A stretch of 64,000 nucleotides of DNA from positions 42,461 through 106,460 of the forward strand of contig DASTMO010000078.1 of the NCBI GenBank assembly GCA_035714115.1, written 5' to 3'. The translations under genes were made by a program, and so were the position numbers. Positions 28,067 through 37,064 of the stretch are shown in pieces. Position 1 is the first letter of the stretch; every line of letters starts with the position of its first letter. Origin of the DNA: Alphaproteobacteria bacterium (GTDB lineage Bacteria > Pseudomonadota > Alphaproteobacteria > SMXQ01). The notes below the pieces were generated by a model. That model saw nothing but the letters and a program-made list of their open reading frames with translations, was not told where the DNA came from and did not search any database.

Positions 28067-30484
28067 ATGGCGTCGGTTGCAGCGATTTCCCAGCAGATCT
28101 GGGACATGAAGTACCGCCTCAAGGACGCGCAGGGCGTCGCTGTGGATAAATCCATCGAGGGCACCTGGCGCCGCATCGCCGACGCGCTCGCCGAAGCCGA
28201 GCAGCCCGAGGGCCGCAAAGCCTGGGCCGACAAGTTCTACGGCGCGCTGGAAGACTTCGCCTTCCTGCCGGCCGGACGCATCATCGCCGGCGCCGGCACG
28301 GGCCGCTCCGTCACCCTGTTCAACTGCTTCGTGATGGGCACCGTGCCCGACGCCATGGGCGGCATCTTCGCGCACTTGCGCGAAGCGGCGCTGACCATGC
28401 AGCAGGGCGGCGGCATCGGCTACGACTTCTCAACGCTCCGCCCCAAGGGCGCGCCGGTGAAGGGCGTCGGGGCAGACGCCTCGGGCCCGCTCTCCTTCAT
28501 GGACGTGTGGGACGCCATGTGCCGCACCATCATGTCCGCCGGCAGCCGCCGCGGCGCGATGATGGCGACGATGCGCTGCGACCATCCCGACATCGAGGCC
28601 TTCATCGAGGCCAAGCGCGAGCCGGGCCGCCTGCGCATGTTCAACCTCTCGGTGCTGGTCACCGACGCCTTCATGGAAGCGGTGAAGGCCAACCTGCCGT
28701 GGGACCTGACCTTCAACGGCACGGTGTTCCGCACCGTCGAGGCGCGCGGCCTGTGGGACAAGATCATGCACGCCACCTACTCCTACGCGGAGCCGGGCGT
28801 GATCTTCATCGACCGCATCAACCGCCGCAACAACCTGCACTATTGCGAGACGATCAGCGCCACCAACCCCTGCGGCGAGCAGCCGCTGCCGCCCTACGGC
28901 GCTTGCCTGCTCGGCTCGATCAACCTCGCCCGCCTCGTCGTCGATCCCTTCGAGGAGACGGCGCGGCTCGACATGAACCGCCTGCGCAAGCTCGTGCCGC
29001 TCGCCGTGCGCATGATGGACAATGTGGTCGACGTCTCGAAATTCCCGCTCGAGGAGCAGACCCGCGAAGCCCAAGCCAAGCGCCGCATCGGCCTCGGCGT
29101 CACCGGCCTGGCCGACGCTCTCATCATGTGCCGCGCGCGCTACGGCTCGGCCGAGGCGCTGCGCCTGACCGGCGAATGGATGGGCGCGATCGAGCGCGAG
29201 GCTTATTTGGCTTCCACCGAACTGGCGCGTGAGAAGGGCGCTTTCCCGCTGTTCGACAAGGACGCCTATCTCTCGGGCGACACCATTCTCGGCCTCGACG
29301 CCGACGTGCGCGAGGCCATCAATAAGCACGGCATCCGCAACGCGCTCCTGACCTCCATCGCGCCGACCGGCACCATCTCGCTGCTCGCCGACAACGTCTC
29401 GTCGGGCCTCGAGCCGGTGTTCAGCTTTACCTACACGCGCCGCATCCTGCTGCCCGACGGCACGCGCCAGGAAGAGGAGGTGAGCGATTACGCCTACCGC
29501 CTGTTCAAGCGCCTGAAGGGCGACAACGTGCCGCTGCCCGATTATTTCGTCGACGCGCAGGTGCTCAAGCCCGCCGACCATGTGGCGATGCAGGCCGCCG
29601 TGCAGAAGCATGTCGACAGCTCGATCTCCAAGACGATCAACGTGCCCGTCGACATCGACTTCGAGGAATTCAAGGACGTCTACCTGAAGGCTTACGAGAC
29701 CGGCTGCAAGGGCTGCACGACCTACCGGCCGAACGACATCACCGGCTCGGTGCTCGAAGTGAAGCCGGCCAAGGACGCCGAGGAAGGCCAGCAGGAGCTG
29801 CCGCTCGACAAGCCCAAGGCGGCGCGCCATGCCGACCCGTACGAGGCCGGCGGCGTCGTCTACATGACCCAGCCACTCGACCGGCCGGGCGCGCTCGAAG
29901 GCCGCACCTACAAGCTGCGCTGGCCCGAGAGCGAGCATGCCATGTACATCACGATCAACGACGTGGTGCAGGACGGCCGTGTGCGCCCCTTCGAGATTTT
30001 CGTGAACTCGAAGAACATGGAGCATTTCGCTTGGACCGTCGGCCTGACGCGCATGATCTCGGCGGTGTTCCGCCGTGGCGGCGACGTCTCCTTCGTCGTC
30101 GAAGAGCTCAAAGCCGTGTTCGATCCGCGCGGCGGCCAATGGATGGACGGGCGCTATGTGCCGTCATTGCTCGCCGCCATCGGCGACGTAATTGAGAAAC
30201 ATATGATCGCCATCGGCTTCCTGCCCAACCCGCAGGAAAAGCGCGACGGCCTGTTCGACCGCCAGGTGGTGAACCTGAACGAGGCGCGCGGTCACGAAGA
30301 CCATGATCATGGCCACGAGCATCACGGCCACGAGCATCACGGCCACGATCATTCGCACAATCATTCTCAGGGCAAAGCCGCTGATGGCCGTTTCCGCCAA
30401 TGCCCGAAATGCGGCCAGGCCAGCCTGATCAAGCAGGAAGGCTGCGACAGCTGCCTGAGCTGCGCCTACTCGAAGTGCGGGTGA
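28067..30484 (+). CDS. nrdJ: Class II (adenosylcobalamin-dependent) ribonucleotide reductase
   Basis: 805 aa. RNR active-site region NPCGEQPLPPYGACLLGSINL, a C-terminal CPKCG...CDSCLSC zinc ribbon, and a His-rich HEDHDHGHEHHGHEHHGHDHSHNH insertion before it. Confidence 0.9.
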   Translation: MASVAAISQQIWDMKYRLKDAQGVAVDKSIEGTWRRIADALAEAEQPEGRKAWADKFYGALEDFAFLPAGRIIAGAGTGRSVTLFNCFVMGTVPDAMGGIFAHLREAALTMQQGGGIGYDFSTLRPKGAPVKGVGADASGPLSFMDVWDAMCRTIMSAGSRRGAMMATMRCDHPDIEAFIEAKREPGRLRMFNLSVLVTDAFMEAVKANLPWDLTFNGTVFRTVEARGLWDKIMHATYSYAEPGVIFIDRINRRNNLHYCETISATNPCGEQPLPPYGACLLGSINLARLVVDPFEETARLDMNRLRKLVPLAVRMMDNVVDVSKFPLEEQTREAQAKRRIGLGVTGLADALIMCRARYGSAEALRLTGEWMGAIEREAYLASTELAREKGAFPLFDKDAYLSGDTILGLDADVREAINKHGIRNALLTSIAPTGTISLLADNVSSGLEPVFSFTYTRRILLPDGTRQEEEVSDYAYRLFKRLKGDNVPLPDYFVDAQVLKPADHVAMQAAVQKHVDSSISKTINVPVDIDFEEFKDVYLKAYETGCKGCTTYRPNDITGSVLEVKPAKDAEEGQQELPLDKPKAARHADPYEAGGVVYMTQPLDRPGALEGRTYKLRWPESEHAMYITINDVVQDGRVRPFEIFVNSKNMEHFAWTVGLTRMISAVFRRGGDVSFVVEELKAVFDPRGGQWMDGRYVPSLLAAIGDVIEKHMIAIGFLPNPQEKRDGLFDRQVVNLNEARGHEDHDHGHEHHGHEHHGHDHSHNHSQGKAADGRFRQCPKCGQASLIKQEGCDSCLSCAYSKCG

Positions 30485-30499
30485 GAAGTCCCTAGATCG

Positions 30500-30592
30500 T
30501 CACCCTCGGGTTTAACCCGAGGGTCCATCTCTCCAGCGCTTATCTTTTTGAAGCATGGATGCTCGGGTCAAGCCCGAGCATGACGGTTTTTT
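30500..30592. repeat. REP-like double-hairpin intergenic element, copy 1 (shares an identical 33-nt core with the copy at 33775..33857)
   Basis: Hairpin 1 is accctcggg/cccgagggt. The identical hairpin 2 is catggatgctcgggtcaagcccgagcatgacg, followed by a T-run. It lies between the convergent nrdJ and cyt b561 genes. Confidence 0.6.
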
Positions 30593-30600
30593 GACGAGGC

Positions 30601-31179
30601 TCAGCCCTTGATCGTCCACATCTTGCGCAGGATCCCCTCGCCCAAGAGCTGATGCAGCAGGGCCATGCCCGCATGGCCGATCAGATAGGCCCACATCACG
30701 TTGGCGAGCGCGCCGTGCAGCTCGGCGAAGCTATGGCCGAGGCCCGTCATCTTGCCGGTCGCATCCATCTGCCAGAACACGACGCTGCCGGTCACGGCGA
30801 GATAGGTCGCGAGCAGCAGGCCGAGACCATGCACGGCATTGGCGAAGGCGGTGTGAACGGTGGCGTCGGGCATTTCCAGGCGGCGCAGCGCCTCGCCATA
30901 GGCGCGCAGGTCGGCGAAGATCGCGCTCCGGCGCGCCGCCGAAAACCACGGGAAGAATGCGCCGACGCCCGCCTCGCTGCGGCGGACCAAGGTCCAGAGC
31001 CAGAACAGGATGACGATGGCGAGGCTGGCCATGCCGACCCATTCATGCAGCAGGAACGGAGTCTCGATCGGACGGCGCGGCGGATGCGGCTCCTCCATCA
31101 CGAGGCTGACGAGCAGCTGGAACAGGATGGCGCAGGCCAACAGGGCATGCAGCGCTTTGGTGACGAGACTGTGACGCAT
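30601..31179 (-). CDS. Cytochrome b561 family membrane protein (CybB-like)
   Basis: 192 aa, four TM helices with conserved His positions (HALLACAIL, HEWVGMASL, HGLGLLL, HAGMALLH). Confidence 0.7.
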   Translation of the reverse strand: MRHSLVTKALHALLACAILFQLLVSLVMEEPHPPRRPIETPFLLHEWVGMASLAIVILFWLWTLVRRSEAGVGAFFPWFSAARRSAIFADLRAYGEALRRLEMPDATVHTAFANAVHGLGLLLATYLAVTGSVVFWQMDATGKMTGLGHSFAELHGALANVMWAYLIGHAGMALLHQLLGEGILRKMWTIKG

Positions 31180-31290
31180 GGCGCGGCTCCAGGAACGGAC
31201 GATCTACCCGCCAGCGATGCTAATCCCGCGCCGCGATGCCGCCCAGCGCGATGCGCGCGCCTGAGAGTGAATCGCGCGGATTCTTAGCGT

Positions 31291-31830
31291 TCAGCCGCAG
31301 CGTCCGTCGACTTCGCGCTTCAGTTTTTCCAGGTAAGGATCGCGGATGCCGAGCTGCGTCAGATGGCTCAGCGTGTTGTCGAGATAGTCGCGGTTCGGCC
31401 CGCTCGCGCCGCAAGCGCCGAGGATCAGCTCGGCCTTTTCGCCGAGTTCGAGCTTGCCGACATATTGCAGATGGCTGCGGTCGGTCACGTAGGTCCAGGC
31501 CGAGGCGATGCGGCGGTGGGTCGGCTCGCCGACCTCGATGGTGACGCGGCGTCGGAAATAGACGCCGGTGATCAGCTCGCGCGCATCCAGCGTTTCCAGC
31601 GCCTGCGCCATGTCGGCCTCGGCGACATGGAAGGCGACGCCGCGGCAAGAGCCGCCGCGGTCGAGCCCGAGCACCAGGCCGGGCTTATCCGGCGTGCCGC
31701 GGTAATGTTTCGACTGCACGCAGAAGGCGCGGTGCCAGCCGCGCAGGTAAGCCGGTTCCGATTCGATGTGGGGAAATCCCGGATTCCACATCAAGGAGCC
31801 GTAACCGAAAATCCACATATCCGACGACAT
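31291..31830 (-). CDS. Gamma-glutamylcyclotransferase, ChaC family
   Basis: MWIFGYGSLMWNPGFP (YGSL motif) and GGSCRGVAFHV. Start could also be the upstream in-frame ATG at 31881. Confidence 0.75.
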   Translation of the reverse strand: MSSDMWIFGYGSLMWNPGFPHIESEPAYLRGWHRAFCVQSKHYRGTPDKPGLVLGLDRGGSCRGVAFHVAEADMAQALETLDARELITGVYFRRRVTIEVGEPTHRRIASAWTYVTDRSHLQYVGKLELGEKAELILGACGASGPNRDYLDNTLSHLTQLGIRDPYLEKLKREVDGRCG

Positions 31831-31984
31831 GGCGGGCGATACACCAGATGAAGTGGAGCGCCGGAGCCGAACATCCTGCATGCGATCTTATGCAGCGCCT
31901 TCGACTCCGCCGCGCTTTCGGCTAGTATAGCCCTTGCCCGCTTTGTCCGCATCCATTGGCCGTTCCGTCGCAAGCACCGCGTTC

Positions 31985-33034
31985 ATGACCAACGTCACCC
32001 GCCGCCTTCTCATCGCGACGCTCATCGTCTTCCTGCTGGCGGGCCTCGGCCTCGCGGGCTTCTGGGTCTATGGCGCCGACAAGCTGCGCGCCAACGTGAA
32101 CGTTTGGGCCGAAAGCTGGCGCGCCGAAGGCAACGCCGTCGCCTACAAGCCGTTCGCCGTCACCGGCTTCCCGCTTTATTTCCGCGCCCGGCTCGACGAT
32201 TTCGCCATCGCCGGCGGCGGCGCGACGTCGCCCTGGCGCTGGCAGGCGCCGGCGCTGCGTCTGCGCGCCTCGCCCTTCGCGCCGACCCGCGCGCGCGCCG
32301 ACTTCACCGGCGAGCACAAGGTCGCCGCCGAATTGTTCGGCGTGCCGGTCGCCTTCACCGCCGCCACCAAAGACGGCATCGCCCGCGTGCAGCGACGCGG
32401 CGGCCAATATGACGGCGGCCTGGAAATGCGCGAGTCCTCGCTCGTCATCGAAGGCGTCAGCGGAATTTTCACGCTGAAAGAAGCGCTGATCGACGCCTTC
32501 CACATCAATCGCGTGCCGAACCATCTGACGGCGAGCGCCGGCCTGACCGTCGCGCTCGACGATCTGACCCTGCCCGCCGCCCTGCTGCCCGGCCCGCTCG
32601 GCGCGCGCATCGACGCACTCAACCTCGAAGCCAAGGTGATGGGCGGCATCGGGCCCAACTTGAACGTCGCCAGCGTCGCCGCCTGGCGCGACGACGGCGG
32701 CACGGTCGAGGTCGACAGCTTCACGCTGCGCTGGGGTCCCTTGCGCATCAAGGCCGAAGGCACCATCGCGCTCGACAAGGATTTGCAGCCGCTCGCCGCC
32801 TTCACCGCGACCATGACCGGCTTCGCCGAGACCATCGATCTGCTGGTCGCTCAGGGCGCCTTCAACGCCGAGGACGCCGCCTCGGCCAAGATGCTGCTGT
32901 CGCTGCTGGCCAAGACGCCGCTGACCGGCGGCGCGCCGGAAATCGCCGTGCCGCTGACCGTGCAGAACCAGCGCCTGTTCGTCGGGCCGGTGCCGCTGTT
33001 CACGCTGCGGCCGATCATCTGGCCGGCCACGTGA
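31985..33034 (+). CDS. DUF2125-like membrane-anchored protein
   Basis: Start placed at MTNVTRRLLIATLIVFLLAGLGLAGFW (signal anchor). Otherwise a conserved alphaproteobacterial protein of unknown function. Confidence 0.5.
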   Translation: MTNVTRRLLIATLIVFLLAGLGLAGFWVYGADKLRANVNVWAESWRAEGNAVAYKPFAVTGFPLYFRARLDDFAIAGGGATSPWRWQAPALRLRASPFAPTRARADFTGEHKVAAELFGVPVAFTAATKDGIARVQRRGGQYDGGLEMRESSLVIEGVSGIFTLKEALIDAFHINRVPNHLTASAGLTVALDDLTLPAALLPGPLGARIDALNLEAKVMGGIGPNLNVASVAAWRDDGGTVEVDSFTLRWGPLRIKAEGTIALDKDLQPLAAFTATMTGFAETIDLLVAQGAFNAEDAASAKMLLSLLAKTPLTGGAPEIAVPLTVQNQRLFVGPVPLFTLRPIIWPAT

Positions 33035-33759
33035 ACGCGCCGGATCGCCCAGGGACCGCCATGATGACGCCCGCCGAAGACCTGCCGCCGGATCAGGCGC
33101 CCAAAGAGGCGGTGAGCGAGCATCCCAAGCGTCCCTCGCATATCAAGACCTCCGAAGTGCTGCAGCGCCTGGCCGAGGACGTGAAGGGCCAGGAAAGCAT
33201 CACCGTCGGCTGGCTCGTCGCCCGCCTCGGCACCCGCGCCTTCGGCGCGATCATCCTGTTGATGGCGCTGCCCAACATCACGCCGCAGATCCCCGGCATG
33301 TCGACGATCTTCGGCCTGCTGATCATGCTGCCCGCCGTGCAGATCATGGTCGGCCTGTCGCAGATGTGGCTGCCGAGCTTCCTGGCGCGCCAGACCATGC
33401 CGGCGCCGACCGTCGGCAAAATTCTCGAATTCGCCGTGCCTTGGGTTCAGCGAATGGAAAAGCTGATCAAGCCGCGCTTCGAATTCCTGATGAGCCCGCC
33501 GTGGGAGAACATCGTCGGCGCCGCCGTGCTGTGGCTCGGCTTCATCCTGTTCCTGCCGATCCCCGGCGCGAACTTCCTGCCGGCGCTCGCCTGCGCCTTC
33601 ATGGCGCTCGGCATGCTGGAACGCGACGGCCTGTTCATCATGGCCGGCCTCGGCATCGCCGTGGCGTCGATGGTGGTGCTGGCGATGATCATCGGCGGCC
33701 TGTGGCACGTGCTCGACCAGCATTGGCACACGGTGATCGATTTCTTCACGCGCTGGTAG
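33031..33759 (+). CDS. exoD: Exopolysaccharide synthesis protein ExoD family
   Basis: 242 aa, multi-pass membrane protein with N-terminal segment SHIKTSEVLQRL....GAIILLMALPN. Confidence 0.7.
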   Translation: MNAPDRPGTAMMTPAEDLPPDQAPKEAVSEHPKRPSHIKTSEVLQRLAEDVKGQESITVGWLVARLGTRAFGAIILLMALPNITPQIPGMSTIFGLLIMLPAVQIMVGLSQMWLPSFLARQTMPAPTVGKILEFAVPWVQRMEKLIKPRFEFLMSPPWENIVGAAVLWLGFILFLPIPGANFLPALACAFMALGMLERDGLFIMAGLGIAVASMVVLAMIIGGLWHVLDQHWHTVIDFFTRW

Positions 33760-33774
33760 CCGCACAATAAGCCA

Positions 33775-33857
33775 TCACCCTCGGACTTGATCCGAGGGTC
33801 CATGTCGAAAAAGAAAAACCTGAAACATGGATGCTCGGGTCAAGCCCGAGCATGACG
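33775..33857. repeat. REP-like double-hairpin intergenic element, copy 2
   Basis: Hairpin 1 is accctcgga/tccgagggt, with a compensatory base-pair change relative to copy 1. Hairpin 2 is identical to copy 1. It lies between the convergent exoD and tyrC genes. Confidence 0.6.
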
Positions 33858-33869
33858 ATGAAGAACGGC

Positions 33870-34829
33870 CTAAGCCTGGCCGGCCTTGACTATGCTGCGG
33901 CGAATCTCACGCGTCTTGGCGAACTTCTTCTGCAGCTTATCGCCCTGATCCCAGCGGATCGCGCGCTGCATGGCCGACAAATCCTCATTGAGGCGGCCCA
34001 GCATCTCGAGCACGGCATCCTTGTTGTTCAGGAAGATGTCGCGCCACATCACCGGATCGGAGGCGGCGATGCGGGTGAAATCGCGAAAGCCGCTGGCGGC
34101 GTATTTGATCACTTCGCCGCGCAGATGCTTCTCCAGCTCCGTCGCCGTGCCGACGATGGTGAAGGCGATCAGGTGCGGCAGATGCGAGGTGATCGCCAGC
34201 ACGCGGTCGTGATGCGCCGCGTCCATCACGTCGACGTTCGAGCCGATGGCCTCCCAGAAAGCGCGCAGCTTCGCCGTCGCCTTCGGATCGCCCTTGGGCA
34301 ACGGCGTCAGGATCACCCAGCGACCCACGAACAGTTCGGCGAAGCCAGAGGTCGGCCCGGAATTTTCCGTACCGGCGAGCGGATGGCCGGGCACGAAATG
34401 CGCATGCTTGGGCAGGAACGGCGCCATGTCCTTGACGACCGTCTGCTTGACCGAACCGACGTCGGAAACGATGGCGCCCGGCTCGAGATGCGGGCCGATG
34501 GCTTGAGCCACCGCCTTGCACGCGCCGACCGGCACGCAAACGATGACGAGATCGGCGCCCTTCACGGCCTTGGCCGGATCGGCGACGGCGCTATCGATAA
34601 AGCCCAGCTTCTTGGCGGTGTTGCGCGTCGCGGCCGTGCGCGCCGTGCCGACGATCTCGCCGACCAGGCCGTTCTTCTTCGCCGCCCAGGCGATGGACGA
34701 GCCGATATGGCCGAGGCCGATCAGCGCCAGCTTCTTGAACAGCGGCGCGCGTTTGGCGGCTTTCTTCTTGGCCGGGGCTTTCTTGGCGAGCTTCTTCGCG
34801 GGCTTCTTGGCGGGCTTTTTTACCATCAC
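33870..34829 (-). CDS. tyrC: Cyclohexadienyl/prephenate dehydrogenase with lysine-rich N-terminal tail
   Basis: GLIGLGHIGSS Rossmann motif after an N-terminal MMVKKPAKKPAKKLAKKAPAKKKAAKRAP segment. Confidence 0.8.
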   Translation of the reverse strand: MMVKKPAKKPAKKLAKKAPAKKKAAKRAPLFKKLALIGLGHIGSSIAWAAKKNGLVGEIVGTARTAATRNTAKKLGFIDSAVADPAKAVKGADLVIVCVPVGACKAVAQAIGPHLEPGAIVSDVGSVKQTVVKDMAPFLPKHAHFVPGHPLAGTENSGPTSGFAELFVGRWVILTPLPKGDPKATAKLRAFWEAIGSNVDVMDAAHHDRVLAITSHLPHLIAFTIVGTATELEKHLRGEVIKYAASGFRDFTRIAASDPVMWRDIFLNNKDAVLEMLGRLNEDLSAMQRAIRWDQGDKLQKKFAKTREIRRSIVKAGQA

Positions 34830-35953
34830 AGGCTCTTCTTGAAATCAGCAAGCGCGGCGACGACCGCCTTCATCTCCGCTTCCAGGCCGATGGTGATGCG
34901 CAGGCTCTCCGGCAGGCCGTATTTCGGCACCTGGCGCACAATGATGCCGCGCTCGGTGAGGAACCTGTCGGCCGCTTCCGCCTGCGCCGCGTCGGCGAAG
35001 CGCACCAGCACGAAATTCGCGACGCTCGGCACGACGCGATAGCCGAGCTTGGTCAGTTCCGCCGTCAGCCAGATGCGCCAGCGCTCGTTATGGTCGCGCG
35101 CCCGGCTCAGATATTCGACGTCTTCCACCGCGGCGATGCCGGCGGCCTGCGTCGCCGAGCCGACGTTGAACGGCATGCGGATGCGATTGAGATGGTCGAT
35201 CATGCGCGGCGTGCCGTAGGCCCAGCCGAGGCGCAGGCCGCCCATGGCGTAAATTTTTGAAAAGGTGCGCGTCATGATGACGTTGTCGCCCTTGCCGACC
35301 GACGCATCGACCAGCGTCGCGCCGGCGTCGTAATCATTGGCGGTGACGAACTCGGCATAGGCCGCGTCGATCACCAGCACGACATTGTCCGGCAAGGCGG
35401 CGCGCAGGCGCTTCATCTCCGTCGCCGACAGGTAGGTGCCGGTCGGATTGTTCGGATTGGAGATATAGACCAGCTTGGTCTGCGGCGTGACCTTGGCGAG
35501 CAATTTATCGACATCGCTCGTCAGGTTCGTCTCGCCCGCCGTGACCGGAGTCGCGCCGACCGACAAGGCGGCGATCGGATAGATCAGGAAGCCGTGCTCG
35601 CTATAGAGCACTTCGTCGCCGGGGCCGGCATAGGCGCGCGCGAGCAGGCCGAGGATTTCGTCCGAGCCGGCGCCGCAGATGATGCGGTCGGCATCGAGGC
35701 CATGACGCGCGCCGATGGCTTCGCGCAACGCGACCGCGCCGCCGTCGGGATAGCGGTGCATCGCGGCGGCGGCCTTGTTGTAGGCGGCGACGGCTTTGGG
35801 GCTGGGGCCGAGCGCGCTCTCGTTCGACGACAGCTTCATCGGATTGGCGTTGCCGGCGATCTTCGACTTGCCGCCGACATAGGCCTCGATGGCGTCGATG
35901 CCGGGCCTTAACTCAGGGAGGCGCAGCTCATCGTCCTTAGCGTTGTCGCTCAT
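34826..35953 (-). CDS. hisC: Histidinol-phosphate aminotransferase
   Basis: 375 aa class II aminotransferase. SKIYAMGGLRLGW PLP-lysine region. Confidence 0.85.
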   Translation of the reverse strand: MSDNAKDDELRLPELRPGIDAIEAYVGGKSKIAGNANPMKLSSNESALGPSPKAVAAYNKAAAAMHRYPDGGAVALREAIGARHGLDADRIICGAGSDEILGLLARAYAGPGDEVLYSEHGFLIYPIAALSVGATPVTAGETNLTSDVDKLLAKVTPQTKLVYISNPNNPTGTYLSATEMKRLRAALPDNVVLVIDAAYAEFVTANDYDAGATLVDASVGKGDNVIMTRTFSKIYAMGGLRLGWAYGTPRMIDHLNRIRMPFNVGSATQAAGIAAVEDVEYLSRARDHNERWRIWLTAELTKLGYRVVPSVANFVLVRFADAAQAEAADRFLTERGIIVRQVPKYGLPESLRITIGLEAEMKAVVAALADFKKSL

Positions 35954-36870
35954 CGCGCGGTTCCGCTCTTGAGCGCGGCGCTTTCTTCGTCCGTCAAGGC
36001 TGCGGCATAAGCGCCGAGCGAACCGATGCGCAGCAGCGCCGGGCCGAGCGCGGCGGACAGCTGCGCCAAGCGGCCGTCATCGGCGGCGACGAAGCCGTCC
36101 ACTTCGGCGAGATAACGCAGCACGCCCTGGCGCGCTTCGTCGACGATCACCACCGGCGGCAGGCCGGCGGCCGAGAGCGCGGCGGTCAGGCGCGCGCGGC
36201 TCAATTGCTCGCCGGCTTCGAGCGCCAGCCAGGTGCGATCCTCGCCAGTCGGCTCAGGGGCGACGCGGGCGATGGCGACGGCGGCGAGCGCGCCGCGATC
36301 GGCCATGGGCTCGTAGAACGGCAGGCGGGCGAACACGCGCGGCTCGTCGGGGCCGGCGCTGAACAGCATCGGCCACCAGGGGGCGCGTTCGCCCTGCTCG
36401 GGGAAGGGCAGCACGCCGACCGTGGCGCGGCCTTCGCTCACCTCGCGCATGACCTGCGAGGCGCCCTGGCAGGCGATCATCGGGGTGGTCGCGCCGTAAT
36501 AGTCGCGCGCCAAATCCCACAGGCCCGGCGGGGTGTCCTCGCCGCCGGTCAGCACCGCGACCGAGAACGGCCCCTGCAGGCGCAGCAGCGACGACATGAT
36601 CTCGCGCCAAAGCCGCACCAGGGATGGGACCGGGAACGGGCCTTCGTGGCGGCGCACGATGCGGCGCAGCACCAGAGCCTCGCGGCCGGGGCGGAGATAG
36701 ACGGCGGGGGGCTTGCCAGACGGGGCCGCAGCGGCGCCGGGGCCGGACAGCTTGGCCTGGCCGATCTGCTCAGCGAGGGCGGCACGGCGCATCAGCAGAT
36801 CGTGGATCGCCGTATCGATCCCGTCGATCTCCCCGCGCAGATCGTCGAGGGTCGTCTTGCCGTCGCTCAT
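35950..36870 (-). CDS. Chorismate mutase (AroQ) fused to a prephenate-dehydratase-like (PDT-fold) domain, no ACT domain
   Basis: Start at MSDGKTTLDDLRGEIDGIDTAIHDLLMRRAALAEQIG (AroQ helix). The C-terminal ~200 aa has PDT-like topology, but I could not see the TRF/ESRP catalytic motifs. Confidence 0.6.
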   Translation of the reverse strand: MSDGKTTLDDLRGEIDGIDTAIHDLLMRRAALAEQIGQAKLSGPGAAAAPSGKPPAVYLRPGREALVLRRIVRRHEGPFPVPSLVRLWREIMSSLLRLQGPFSVAVLTGGEDTPPGLWDLARDYYGATTPMIACQGASQVMREVSEGRATVGVLPFPEQGERAPWWPMLFSAGPDEPRVFARLPFYEPMADRGALAAVAIARVAPEPTGEDRTWLALEAGEQLSRARLTAALSAAGLPPVVIVDEARQGVLRYLAEVDGFVAADDGRLAQLSAALGPALLRIGSLGAYAAALTDEESAALKSGTAR

Positions 36871-37064
36871 GGGGGTCAAAACCGCCGAAAAAGGGGGATA
36901 AGTCATAGTCCTAGCGGGTTGCAAAATCAAAGAAAACATTGACAGTGCGGGCCTCGAACCCTAGCTATCACAGCCAATGAAACCGCCTGGCCGGCCAGGA
37001 GTTTGGCGGACCCTTTTGGGGTCCGTGAGACCGCCGGCCCCCGGAGAAACCGGGATCAGCGAGC

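Noticed and set aside
36871-37064. Possible SAM-II riboswitch upstream of metX
   Set aside because: SAM-II is common before metX in alphaproteobacteria. However, I found no AAAGCU 3' element or the pseudoknot partner in the leader. There are only generic GC hairpins and a TTGACA-like promoter hexamer at 36939, which is not enough to call.
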